The position numbers were made by a program, and so were the translations under genes. From positions 47,616,001 to 47,680,000 of the forward strand of contig CM097887.1 in assembly GCA_044892525.1 (NCBI GenBank): a DNA stretch of 64,000 nucleotides. Reading direction: 5' to 3'. The stretch comes from Schmidtea polychroa. Its lineage: Eukaryota. Of the stretch, positions 1-12,149 are shown piece by piece. Every line of letters begins with the position of its first letter. Position 1 is the stretch's first letter. The notes under the pieces are model-generated. The model was not told the origin of the DNA. It worked only from the letters and a program-made list of their open reading frames with translations, and did not search any database.

Positions 1-801
1 TCTTGATTGCTTTCTCGATTTCTTTGATTTCTTTCTGAATTGTTTGCTTTATCCTAAAATAATTAACACTTCTAGTACATATCATAAATTCTCTTTATTA
101 AACCCTTCATTTACTTTCCCTTTTCCCTTTATTTTACTGCTCCTTCGCTTCAAATTTTCTAGTGTTGGGCTAGAACTGACTTCTAGACCCAAATTTCTAA
201 TTGTGACCGAAATGTGTAGGTACACAGCATGAAAAAAGCAAAAAGTATAGTTAAATATTAAAAACTACACCAAATAACCAATGGTAATTAAAGGAAAAAA
301 ACAACAAAAACCTAAAACACAGAAATTAAATAAAATTATACAAAAACAAGAAGTTATGCAAAATCTAACTCAAAAATAGCCAAATAAACACAGAGTTACA
401 AAAAACAAACTCGAATAACTTAAAAGATGGTAAAAATAGCAAAAAAATTCCAGAAAAACCCAGAACATTCCATAAAAATGGCGATGACCATCATAAAAGC
501 TACCTTAAACAATAAAATTTAGAAAAATAAATAAATTAGTATTAAAAATAAAATTTCTTAAAAAGAAATTCGTAAAATATCAGTTAAAAATAAAAATTGA
601 ATTAAAAGTAATATGGAATGTTCTGGAACCGTTCCAAATCCATCATGGAGGAAAAATTAGCAAAAAATATTTAGGAAATAAAATTTTAAAAATAAAAATA
701 AAAATTATGACGCAAAAATCGCCATTAAAAATATCAAAATTACAAAATAAAAACTTCTGGAATAAAAAGAATTCGAGTTTGTTTTAATGCATCAATACAT
801 A

Positions 802-826
802 CACGTGTACAAAATAGGTATATATA
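802..826 (+). promoter_or_regulatory. Putative LTR promoter: E-box CACGTG plus TATA (TATATATA)
   Basis: CACGTG at 802-807 and TATATATA at 819-826; the same arrangement is retained in both inverted copies near 15000 and 15720-15750. Confidence 0.5.
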
Positions 827-1899
827 CCGACGCATTTTGGTCACAATTTAATCTTTTTATGCCAAAATTTTTCTTGAAAAATTCGGAACCCACTAATAGT
901 AAGGACGATTGATTAATTTTATCATGATTGTTATTTAATTTATAATTGTTATTTTATTATTTGTGATTTCATTTCATTATGTTGATTAACTTTTTTTTTT
1001 TTTTTTTTGTTTAATCTTACTATTACGAAATAAGAGTGAACAGCATTGTGAACGGGTTATAGTCACTATACTGGTCAGCCTTGTTTCCAATTTAAAGACT
1101 ACATGCACCATTTTTGGGTCTACGACCCCACATGCATAAAATATCAACCCCTTTTATTAACCGGAGGTCGCCACGAACTAATGGTTCTAACCAGGAGTAG
1201 GGCGGTAAACCCATACCGGTAGTTGGTATAGTCATAGGGACTATGCGGACGAAATAAACTTCGGGAAAGTAATCGCGGGAAACATACTACAATAAGGCCT
1301 ATCGTACCGTATCCAGTTGGGTCGGGAAAGTAGGAAAATTTTAATTAATTTGACTTTTCAGTAAACAACATACAAAAAATCAACACTTAATTATGATATA
1401 GGAAACAGACCACTAGGATCATCTAAACGGGAAATATCCCAGACTCAAATTAATATAGGGACTTTCGGTAGTCGGCTAATTGCTTAAACTCATATCTGAT
1501 ATTAACTAAATTTAGTATTGTTATTCATAATTTTGTTTAATGTATTTTGGTTCACGATCAATAAATATTTTATAAATCCCTCAACAATTTTTATTGCCTT
1601 TATGTATATCGAAATGTAAATGATATAAAATCTTCAAAGAAAATTTTGAGTCCTAATAATATTATCCATTTGGGTGCCCTTACTACTATCATGCTGGGTT
1701 TTCTAACATTACCTTAGTTAAGGGTATATCCTTGCCATATAATGGCATATATAAGTATGTTAAACTTTCTTAATACATATTTACCTTATGTTTAGAAAAG
1801 GATAAATTATAGATTTTCTCAAATGACCCCGGCATATATATATACCACCCAAATGTCCTAAAGGAACTTATTTTAATGCATAGTTTTAGATAGTGATAT

Positions 1900-3340
1900 G
1901 TTCAAATGATAATTTAGCAATTCCCATCCTTAGGATCCTTATTATTATTAATTATTATTATTAATTTCCACAAATGTATTATCTTATGGAAGTATATAGG
2001 AGTATACAGTTCCCTTAAAGTATATTTAACTTATATTAGGTTCAGAGAAAGCTAAATCACAACTTTCTGAAATGACCCCCCCCCCCGAAATATACCTTCA
2101 TTAACCGTTGTGCCCTATTATTATTATTATTATTATTATTATCATCTCCATCATTCTTACTAATATTATTGTTACAACGAGCATTATTATTAATATATTT
2201 CGTGTTAGTATTATCACTATTAATTTAATATTGCTATTACAATGAGTATTATTATTATTACTATTAATTTAATATTGTTATTACAATGAGTATTATTGCA
2301 AAAATATNNNNNNNNNNNNNNNNNNNNNNNNNNNNNNNNNNNNNNNNNNNNNNNNNNNNNNNNNNNNNNNNNNNNNNNNNNNNNNNNNNNNNNNNNNNNN
2401 NNNNNNNNNNNNNNNNNNNNNNNNNNNNNNNNNNNNNNNNNNNNNNNNNNNNNNNNNNNNNNNNNNNNNNNNNNNNNNNNNTTATGGTTATTCTTATTAA
2501 NNNNNNNNNNNNNNNNNNNNNNNNNNNNNNNNNNNNNNNNNNNNNNNNNNNNNNNNNNNNNNNNNNNNNNNNNNNNNNNNNNNNNNNNNNNNNNNNNNNN
2601 NNNNNNNNNNNNNNNNNNNNNNNNNNNNNNNTTATCCTTATCATTAGTATTCTTATAATAATTATCATTATTATTGCTGTTATGACTATTAATGTAGTTA
2701 CTATCACTGTTGTCATTATTATTATTATTAGGATGATCATTATTAATGTTCTTGATATTACTGTTTTAGTGCTATTACCATTAACACTTCCACTCTTATC
2801 ATTGCCACTATTATTATCACTACCCTTGTCATTGCGTTGTTAATTAATTATTACAAATTTTTTAATTAGCGATTTGGGATCCCCCTATGGCTGAAATTAA
2901 TCGCAAGAACCCTACCTCGTTACTATATAACCTACTTCAACAAATATACTGATTTCCCTAATGTTACTAAAAATAGAACCGATATTATCGATTCCCTGTT
3001 CCTTATATAAAATGCAGCCAATAAAACTGATCCTATTTATGGAAACAACCCTGCAAATTAAGGGAGCCCTCGCCGAGTTTACCCTAACCATCTAAATAGA
3101 CGAGACATACATACTCATAGACGAGCCAATCAACATCAGCTAAGACAGCAGGAACTCTAACCTTCATGTAAAACCCATGACACCCCAGTAGATTTAACCC
3201 TGGTACCCCAGAAGTAGATCCCATACATACCAGAAAGGACAAGGGATATTTTCCCCAAGAGCGACTGCTTAAGCTGGAATGTATACCCGGTACAACTATA
3301 AACTAGGAATAATGAGGAGCATATATTATAGTTATAACTG
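1900..3340 (+). repeat. AT-rich (ATT-like) low-complexity tract with N gaps plus a ~480-bp tail related to 20590-21150 (minus); likely nested insert
   Basis: (ATT)n-like sequence, Ns at 2308-2481 and 2501-2631. Tail shares short blocks (GGGAGCC.TC; GATCC.ATA..AGA...GG..AAGGGA) with the reverse complement of 20590-21150. Confidence 0.4.
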
Positions 3341-4449
3341 CTAATTACCTAAAATGAAAAACAGAAAAAAAACTAACAACATTGTTTAATAACTATTCCT
3401 TTACGCAAAATAAATTATTTACTTAAATACAACAAAAGCGAAATATCATTTAATGAAATCAAACATTTATTTAATAAATCATTTTAGCCATTATAAAGTC
3501 TCACTGATGATGTGGAAGGGTGAATGGAAGGAGAGCCACTCTTAATTCCCTCAAGTGCAAAATTTTTTTTTCTTAAATTCCCACGGCATAGCTCCAAATT
3601 TGAAATGAAAAATTTCCATCTGAACTCCTCATAAATTGAGCATGTCGGCATATATTGGGCCACCGCCAAATAATATTATATCGCATACATTATCCGAGGG
3701 AAACGTCATGCCCAAAACGGAGGTTTTGGAAATCCAGATCTGAAATAAACGAACTTAACAAGATCTAAATTTGATTGACCCATTAATTAGCAGTAGATGA
3801 TTTAGCCACCTACAACCACTATGGTCAAGGATTGCGAAGAGCCGAAATAAATTCGGACAGTTAACAATGCCGTTTCCCATAGTGGGTCTTAGTAGCATAA
3901 TTTTGATTGAAAAGGAAAATTTTTTTTTAAAAAAGGAAATTATTATGAAATAATAAATTAACCTTTTAATTGAGATAAACAAACTCATTCGAATAGGTAA
4001 TTCTAATTTAATTTACGAAATTCAAATTTTTCAGTTAATTGATTCATATCAAATATTTATTTTAATTCAACTTATGCAATTTTATTCAAATATCAAATAT
4101 TTATTTTAATTTAATTTATGCAATTTCTTTCAAATATTTACTTTAATGCGAAATTGTCTACCTTAATTTTGCCCTACCCCCCTTAAGTTGATAACCTAAG
4201 TCACCAATCTGAAATGTAGGAACTTGATTTAATTTAGTAATCTGGAACCAATTTATTGAATTGGGTATATGGACCAAATATAGAAATAAATGTATAAACT
4301 AATTTACTTTGCCTAGAAATCATGGTCTGTTGAATTGGTTGTGTGTTATGCGTGTACATAAATTGTAACGAGGTATTTGGATGTTTTGGAGTGATCAAAC
4401 GTAACAGAAGTGTAAGGATTTGTTCTAATATTTTGGTTATATTACAGTC

Positions 4450-4932
4450 ATGCCCAACACCAGGTCAAGGAATATGCAGGCCGGCCCCTCATCAGTCGAT
4501 TCGAGCCTAGAAATTACCGGCGAGGAAGCAGACGAAGCCGTCCGATTGAGAGAGGACGCAGAAATCGCCCGGCTACGGTCCAGGTGGATCTGGTACAAGA
4601 TCCATGATTGGACTTACCAGAACGTGATCCCCGTAATTCCGAAGGTGGAGCCTTACCTCAACCACGCGTCGTTAGCCTTGATCGACGCTTTTGACGAAGT
4701 GACGGATGCGATAGACCGATTACACCGGCTCGAGAAAGCGACTCTGGCTGGCGAGGTAGAAGACTGCGACGGCTACGCTCGAGCCCAATGTCACCCGAAA
4801 CGGACCGCGGCTCTTCAGCGTGGATTAAAATACCCAAGACGGCCTCAACGAGGACCAGGACGACCAAGGACACGCGGACGCACGCGAACGTCCACCCGCT
4901 CGACCAAGGAGAGCGCGGGATTCGGAGAGTAG
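4450..4932 (+). CDS. LTR-encoded ORF-A, 160 aa: WYxIHDW motif, coiled coil, basic GRP (AT-hook-like) tail
   Basis: Homologous to 10469-10849 (RLRSRWIWYKIHDW vs RLRTRYIWYRIHDW; KVEP; DEVxxAxxRLxRLE). Acceptor-like TTACAG|TCATG before the ATG; AATAAA near 5034. Confidence 0.7.
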   Translation: MPNTRSRNMQAGPSSVDSSLEITGEEADEAVRLREDAEIARLRSRWIWYKIHDWTYQNVIPVIPKVEPYLNHASLALIDAFDEVTDAIDRLHRLEKATLAGEVEDCDGYARAQCHPKRTAALQRGLKYPRRPQRGPGRPRTRGRTRTSTRSTKESAGFGE

Positions 4933-5347
4933 GCGGAAACTCGGGATCAAAACTAATCATTTTGTGCTGACCTTAGTGTCGGGTGTATTAGGTGACATTA
5001 TGTACTGGATTAAACCTCTTTAATCCAGGATTGAATAAAATATGTTAGGCCTTAACAGTTCATCATAATTATTTAATGTTTGTTTGTGTCTTGATGGTCG
5101 GTGACAACTTAATTGGGTGGATTGTTTGAATTTTTGCAATGTCCATGACGTGGAATATCGTCATTGTTGACTACACATTTCTATAACGACAACAACCCTA
5201 TAGGTTGAGTAAGATAAATAGGTCTCGGTCTTGGGGCGCGCGTAGCGAAGGACTACGACGAGGGGATTACTTTCTTTTAGCCTTAATGCCCATAATAATG
5301 TTCGACCCTTGATGTCGATGTAAAATCATTGATCTTACCTTTGTTTA

Positions 5348-5812
5348 GTGCAGAAACTCTTGGAAGAGATGCGAGCTGATAGGGAACAGGCACAACGACA
5401 GGTAGACGAATACCGGACCAAGTTGACCCGAGTCAAGGCCCACTGTCGGAACTTCGAGTGCACCTGGTTCCCACCAGCGGAGATGAAGAAGAGGATGAAG
5501 TTGATCACCCAACTACAACTTCAGAATGCTCAAGACCAGATTGAATTGCGGGCCCTCCGCTTAAGGGTGAGGGAACTGGAAGCCAAGGTGCATCAACAGG
5601 AGCTGGAGCGAGAGGTCATTGCCAAGATCCGGCCTTTAGATGAGTTGCTCCATCGACCAAAAGAACCTGCCCCCACAATAGTAACCCCAAGGAAGAAGAT
5701 TAGGCCGGGAAAAGCGGCACGAGCGAGGATAAGGCAGGCCAGCCAGGCCCAATTAGCTCTCCATGCTACTGAATCAGAGGCTACGCCAAGAGAACCGACC
5801 AGCACACGATAA
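5348..5812 (+). CDS. LTR-encoded ORF-B (ExTWFxP coiled-coil protein), probably a 3' exon
   Basis: Opens right after acceptor TTTGTTTAG (5340-5348). FECTWFPPAEMKKR matches LEGTWFSP in three other LTRs; basic C-terminal region. Confidence 0.7.
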   Translation: MQKLLEEMRADREQAQRQVDEYRTKLTRVKAHCRNFECTWFPPAEMKKRMKLITQLQLQNAQDQIELRALRLRVRELEAKVHQQELEREVIAKIRPLDELLHRPKEPAPTIVTPRKKIRPGKAARARIRQASQAQLALHATESEATPREPTSTR

Positions 5813-6529
5813 GCGATTCAAGTTGTCAAAATAAATCTTCACAGTGCGTCCATAGCGGGCATTTTGATTTCCTTTTATTATAATGTTAATTGTTGTAACG
5901 GGGACGAAAAGAAATCGGACATAGGCCTTCTAACGGCAGTCCGTGAACCCCAGTGGGTGCTAGACAATTATAGTATGTTAAGCATGCTCACTTTTTGCTA
6001 GTGCCCAAACCCTTGATACAGTACCAACGTTGATTGCTCAACGGGTATCAAGTGGTCAGCTATAAATTGTATCCTGGGTTACGCTGGAAACAGCATGAGG
6101 AGGTAAAAAGATTTACAGTACCTGTAACCCACCACTAGCTTTTCTACACTTCTCGTTATTCGCCCCATTTTGATTTTAAGTTGATTTTAAATTATCTATA
6201 ACTCGTATCAATTATCTATATAGTCGCATCAATTATCTATCCCTTTTATAATCATCATAGAAATATAATATCAATCACATAAATATCAAAATAAACATAT
6301 CATTAATAAATAAAATTCAATAATTCAACTACTATCTATTCGTTCGCTTTTCCCCATCCAAAAACTGGTTTCATTTTCACTTGCGCCGGCGCTCTATCAT
6401 AATTTTCCTTTACTTATTACATATTTAATGCACCTAATCTATTTCAATTTAATCAATTTCATATTTAATCATCGATGCTTTGGTTCACGCGACCTCTGCA
6501 TCTACATTTATTTACCATTGACTCCCTGG

Positions 6530-7430
6530 CCGGTTTAATCAACTCATTTTAATCTCATGAAGTCTTTTACGACTCCTAGACGCCTGGGCTTTTACACCGT
6601 TACGCCATATAATCCATTATTACCCATCAACGCTTTGGTTTGTTAGACCTCCACGTCGGCATCGGCTTCCGGCCGGTTTAATCATAATTTGAAGTCTTTT
6701 ACGACTCCTCGACGCCTGGGCTTTTACACCATTACGCCATATTCGCGGTCTTCGGTCCCTGACCGGTTTCAAATGCCCTAAATGAGGTTTCTTCAACCCC
6801 TCGACGCCTTCGGTTTTTACACCTACTATCGTCCCTACCGCGATTAAATTGAGTTGACAGTTGGCTTTCGGACTAATTAAAAATTTAAGGCTCCTCCTAC
6901 TCAAATTCCTAATCTGTTGAGGCCTCACAACTGGCTCAATTCTTGGCCGCTTATTGAAAAGAGTCTAATACCGGTAACTCTAATCTCATCGCCGTTTCAC
7001 TGGGCCTATCGGTACTCGGTGTGGGCATCCGGGTTTTGTACCGACCCCTGCTAGCAATAATCACGAAGAAAAAAAAACATCCTATCCGTCAGGATTTAAA
7101 AAACATGGAAATGCCTAATCGCCTCGATCGTGCTCTCAAAAGTGATGAACCAGATCTCCCGACTAGTGAAGATAAAAGGAAATTGGATATGCAGTTGACT
7201 TTCGGCCTTCCGCCTCACAACTGGTCCAATCTTGGTTGCCTATTGGGTACGAATCCTTTACCGGTTGACTCGCATCTCACAACCGTTTCACTGGGCTCCT
7301 TAATACTCGGTGTAGGTAACTGGGTCTCTCTCGCTCGCTACCCGTCCGGGTTTTTGTATCAAGTCCCGCTAGCAACTCAAAAAAGTGCGCCCAATACTCG
7401 GTGTGGTATCCGGGTTTTTGTATTGGGTGA
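6530..7430. repeat. Degenerate direct repeats in the leader (~140-bp unit x2-3; a ~140-170-bp block repeated ~290 bp later)
   Basis: GAAGTCTTTTACGACTCCT.GACGCCTGGGCTTTTACACC.TTACGCCATAT near 6560 and 6690; GCCTCACAACTGG...CCGTTTCACTGGGC...TACTCGGTGT near 6920 and 7210. Confidence 0.7.
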
Positions 7431-8144
7431 TCCAGCATCATCAGTCCCTTGGCTGATAATCTCCTGGACACTACAGTCCGGTGGTTAGCCGCTGTACTCG
7501 GGTGCCTCATCACTCGCTAGGGAAAAATCATTATTTCTCATCTGATTTGAAGTCCAAAAACGGTTTCTTCAAATCCGCAGCTGCTCTCGGATTAAATTTT
7601 TAACATTTAGCGCGCGTTTTTCAATTTTTATTCTATTTTTATTTACCCTTTTAGTCAACCCCATTCTCCCAGACAAAAAATATAATAATCGCGTTGGTTC
7701 ATTTCCCACAAGTGGTGATCAGTCACTCGACAGAAACTCCCCAACATTTGCGATGGATCCTACTACATTCTCTCGTCAGGGTGATCAGGATTTCCCCATC
7801 CGGGCAAGTGTCGTAAGGACGATTCACTTGTCATCCCCTCATTGTCGTATCACTTTATGCCAAAATAATAAAACAGGAAGAGAAGAAAATTGGAAGTAAA
7901 AATCGTACTGATCTTATCGATCAGCTCATTCGCACGACTATGATCAGTCCTGCATTCAATTTTGATTTTAGTTGTTCTAATTGCTGTGTTGCTTGTCTAT
8001 TTATTTAACGTATTTTGTGTCCTTTATATGTCTATGTTCATCGTATGTTTTATACCTTTCGGTTGCTATAATGGATTTTTAATGTAATTTAATAATTCAA
8101 TTATTTCATATTCATTCACCAGAAATTTATTTGACAACATCTCC

Positions 8145-8627
8145 TTACGGGAGGTATATTACAATTTTCTCTCTAACGTTCGTATCGCATACGTTGCATC
8201 GTTTAATTTTCTCTGCGCAATTCTCACAATAACATAAATGACCACATGGGATCGTCATTACTCGTATTTCATTGGTTCTGCATGTGAAGCATTTTCTAAA
8301 ATTTTTAACTTGATGTTCGATTGCTTCTTTAATTTCTTCTTCGATCGTTCCCATTTTCATCATTATCTCTTGCCATTTGATGTTGAATTTTGCATTATCT
8401 AATAGTAAATTTTGAATTTGATAGACTCTTTTAGTGGTCAATTCTGCATTAGGTGTTGCTATTTTCATCATTACACATATTTCCTCAGCTTGCGGTCTTG
8501 GCTTCAAGCTCATCTCGTCTTGGATTTTCACCAACTGTTCCGCTTTGCGATTTAGCCGTTGTAACGAATTGTGTGTTAAATCTACGAATTTTTCGAGTCT
8601 CTTTGTAATGTAGCCGGCTGATTCCAT
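8145..8627 (-). CDS. 160-aa protein with coiled coil and C-terminal IAP-type C3HC4 RING (putative E3 ligase), element cargo
   Basis: CFTC...PCGHLCYCENCAEKIKRCNVC...KIVIYLP at the extreme C-terminus resembles XIAP/cIAP RINGs; no BIR domain; acceptor TTACTTAG|ATG. Confidence 0.75.
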   Translation of the reverse strand: MESAGYITKRLEKFVDLTHNSLQRLNRKAEQLVKIQDEMSLKPRPQAEEICVMMKIATPNAELTTKRVYQIQNLLLDNAKFNIKWQEIMMKMGTIEEEIKEAIEHQVKNFRKCFTCRTNEIRVMTIPCGHLCYCENCAEKIKRCNVCDTNVREKIVIYLP

Positions 8628-9311
8628 CTAAGTAAGATTTATTAATTAAAGTTCCCTTTTTATTAATATTTCGCGTCATTTTCCCCCTTTACCATTTTCC
8701 CTCCAATATTTTATTAGTGCTTCAATAAACCTTTACATTCTACTTATCACTCTTAACAGCCCCGTCTCCCTTGGTTTAATGTTCTATTCCGCGCAAACTT
8801 CTCTCGTTCTTGTGATTTATTATAATCGTTTTATTATATATAACCCATATCCCATTCGTTATCTCCTTATTTTACACGTTTTCTGATTAAGTTTAATTAC
8901 ATTGTTCATTTGTTCTATCTTTATTAGCGTGCTATCCCCCCCTTTTTTCCCTATTTTTTAAATTTTTATTAGTTCTTTATATTTACATTTTATCAATCGT
9001 TAATATTTACAATTTTTATTCTATTTTGTTTTCGTTTTAATTTTTGTTTATCATCATTTCATTCTATTACTACGCTATTCGTACAATATTTTCATACTCA
9101 CTTTCAATACATTCCTATGTTGACACCCTTCAAAACTTCCATCACTCATTTAAACATTTCACATACATTTTATCATATTCACATATCCATGTACTAAGTT
9201 TAAGTGTTTGGGAAAACAATTTGCTCGTTCTTGAATGCATATCACTTTATATCAGCTTTTACTTTCTCCATTATATCTATTCTCGGGTTCTTTCACCAAT
9301 TAAATTTTCAG

Positions 9312-9329
9312 ATCCCGGCTGAGCCCCCA
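9312..9329 (-). promoter_or_regulatory. Primer-binding site, tRNA-Pro-like
   Basis: Minus strand reads TGGGGGCTCAGCCGGGAT, 16/18 identical to the classic tRNA-Pro PBS TGGGGGCTCGTCCGGGAT, a few nt downstream of the LTR end. Confidence 0.8.
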
Positions 9330-9715
9330 AATTTGTATGGTGGGTTACTGGGGGTTGAGTGTTTAAGTGCTGTTACCAGCGTAACCCAGAATACAACATT
9401 GTTTTCCTCCTGGTACCCGTTGAGCAATCAACGTTGGTACTGTACCAAGGGGTTGAGTACTCGCAAAAAGTGAGCGCGTCAAGCACTGTAATCGTCGAGC
9501 ACTCTATGGGTTCACGGACGCCGATAGAAGGCACGTGTCCGATTTGTTTCGGTCCCTCATCGAGGTTGTTTTCCCAAACGCCTTCCTACCAATCCTCTTG
9601 TTTTAAACGACCGCAATGTTCAATCACATACTCATTAAACAACAAGAATCATTTATTAAACCACTACTATGTTACAAGGGTTGTTTATTCAGGAGGGTGC
9701 ACTCTCGAACGTCTC

Positions 9716-10155
9716 TCAGGATCGTGGATTGGCTTCAGTCTCTTTCAACTTCTCCTGCTCGGCCAGCCAGGCCCTTTTCAATTTGTCGCGGGTATTCCGC
9801 CCTAGCCGTTTACGTTTCGGCTTGCTTGTCTGGGCTGGTGGGTATATCTTGGCCAGCTCCACCGGAAGTGGGCGAATCTGCTCGCGAAGAGTGTCCTGGA
9901 TAAATCTTTCATTCAGTTTGCTCTCGAGCGAGCGTACTTGTAGCTTCAGCGCTCGGATCTCGAGTTGATCTTGCTCCGCCTGGGTCTGGAGTTGCGAGAT
10001 GTGGGTCGTCCGTTTCTTCATCTCGGCTGGACTGAACCAAGTGCCTTCGAGTTCTCGGCACTTGATTTTTAGCTTCTCGACCCTATTTCAAAAGTCCTCG
10101 GCTTGTTGCTGGGCCCGTTCGCGGTCCTTACGTAGGTTTTCGAGCAACTGGTACA
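9716..10155 (-). pseudogene. LTR ORF-B copy with one premature TGA (10088-10090)
   Basis: After acceptor TTCCATTCAG the frame reads VYQLLENLRKDRERAQQQAEDF*NRVEKLKIKCRELEGTWFSPAEMKKR..., collinear with ORF 5348-5812. Confidence 0.75.
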
Positions 10156-10468
10156 CTGAATGGAAACAATAATAAAATTCCATCGCTCGCTGTCATGTGC
10201 GTAAAGTTGGTTAAATTAATTGCATGAAATTAATAAGTGGATGATGAGAAAAGGGTCACCTCAATCATGAATACACCCCATCAGCTATAAAGTCCAAAAT
10301 GTAATAGCAGAAAAAATAATTTATTATACTACGAAGATACAAGATAGACTATATTGTCAAGATTTAATGAACAGGAGAAAAATACAATTTGTTATACTAC
10401 TACAAGGTAAAATATCACTGGATGAAATCAGTCAGAACCATTCCATTCAAGCCACGACTGTCGATGGG

Positions 10469-10831
10469 TTAGGCCAGGTTCTTACGGGGCCTTCCCCGTT
10501 TTCGTGGAGGGGTATCGGTCTCCTCCAACTCTTCAGGAGTCACCCCCAGTGTTTCGGCTTTGAGTTGGAGCTCGAGTCTCCTCAGCCGCCTTTGGGCCTC
10601 CACCACCTCGTCGGCCGCTCGATCGCGGGCTTCCCGGAGCACGTTGTTGGTGGGTTCTACTTTCACCCACGCCGGGGCATCGGGTTCTGGGCCACTTCGG
10701 ATGACCGGACCATAATTATCGAGGTCCAACCCCCGGTTCCAGTCGTGTATCCGATACCATATGTACCGGGTCCGGAGCCGTGTTATCATCTGCCGGTATT
10801 CTACTTCGTCGGATTCGCTTGATTGGGACAT
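10469..10831 (-). CDS. LTR ORF-A copy, ~120 aa, ending in a canonical AT-hook (PRKRGRPRK)
   Basis: Homologous to 4450-4932; ATG at 10831 after TTTGGTAG|A; C-terminal TPPRKRGRPRK. Confidence 0.7.
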   Translation of the reverse strand: MSQSSESDEVEYRQMITRLRTRYIWYRIHDWNRGLDLDNYGPVIRSGPEPDAPAWVKVEPTNNVLREARDRAADEVVEAQRRLRRLELQLKAETLGVTPEELEETDTPPRKRGRPRKNLA

Positions 10832-12149
10832 TCTACCAAATAAACCCAATTAACAGAGATATTTGTGGGGGAATGATTGATTTTGTTAAATGGAGCGTAT
10901 ATTAATTTAAATCTCGGTTATTAATACGTTATGTAATTTATCAATTTAAAAATTTTCTTTTCCCACTGTTAGATCAGTGCCGCCGAAACCTCACCAAACC
11001 TATAGCTAAATAAAAATAACAACAAAATTAATTTCTGAAGATCTAATCCTATTTGACAGGGTTAATTCAGCAATTCAACTTTTATATTCACAAAAAAAAT
11101 AAATCTCACTTTGTTTATCTAATCTAATTATTGAAAGTTTTATAATTCATTTTTAAAGTTTGTTATGTCATCGACATAAAATTTTATTTTATGTTAATTA
11201 TTTGACCTCTGAATCAACCAGCTCCGTCGGTGCTGGGTGAGCTGTTGGAACTTAGTTTCCCACCTCATCCTCACTTAGACGGGGTTGTCATGTTCAGGGT
11301 GACCATCTTACTATGAATTTTAGGTTGTTTGTTTCGTCTCCGGATCAGTTCAATATCCATGCTACGGTGATATTATAATCGTGGATTTATGCCCATTTTC
11401 ATGAAGTTTCAACGCCGAGTTTGCATCGGTAACGTGCACCCTGCTGTTTTCCTTCTAAAGGAGATTATTAGCCTGCTCATGGCTGTGTATTTTAGTTGGA
11501 ATTCTACTGCTATACTCGTACACTGAATGCTTGGATATACAATTCCTCATTCGTCAAGGTAAGCTAAATTTTGTGATACAAAGCTAATTTTACGTTAATA
11601 ATTACTGAAAATAATTTGCAATGCAGTAAGGGGAATTATGATGATATTCAGGATAGCGGAAATTATGGGGAGCGATATAGATAGTAATAACAGTGCTAGT
11701 GATGATCTTAATCATAGAAAATGCTATTACTCCTTTCGCAAGGTTCGGCTAACATACAGTAATATCCTTGAAACAAAAACAAAAAAAAATTTTATGCGTT
11801 TCAGGAACAGCGCTCATTTTATCCTTAATCGGTAGAGGTAGTTCATATAATATAAATACTCATGAATTATATCTTGGAGAGAAATACAGTTCGTAGTTTA
11901 TGTATTTATAATTTAAGTTCTAGTCAACATACAACTTGTAATCTGCCTTCCCACACATAATTTTATAATACTATTTAGAATTTCTATTCCAATAACCCAA
12001 ATCCATACATAATCTATATATATGATTATCCCTGGTTTTTCTCTTATAATCTAGTTGCATTAGCAACCCTAAATGACTATCCAGAGTTCGTGTTTTTTAG
12101 ATTAGAGGTTATATATGACTGTTTATAATTAGGGTTATAGTCACACTAC

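Larger units (their letters stand above)
163..6134 (+). mobile_element. Solo LTR (family A), ~6.0 kb, carrying two ORFs; inserted in the leader of a related minus-strand element
   Basis: Starts TGTTGGGCTAG (163) and ends CCCACCA (6134); flanked by a 4-bp direct repeat CTAG (159-162 and 6135-6138). Homologous in blocks to the inverted LTR at 9338-15657 (first ~720 bp, 1160-1220 block, both ORFs, last ~240 bp). No PBS follows it. Confidence 0.85.

Noticed and set aside
2264-2843. ORFs spanning N runs (also 21143-21403)
   Set aside because: Artefacts of low-complexity ATT sequence and unknown bases.
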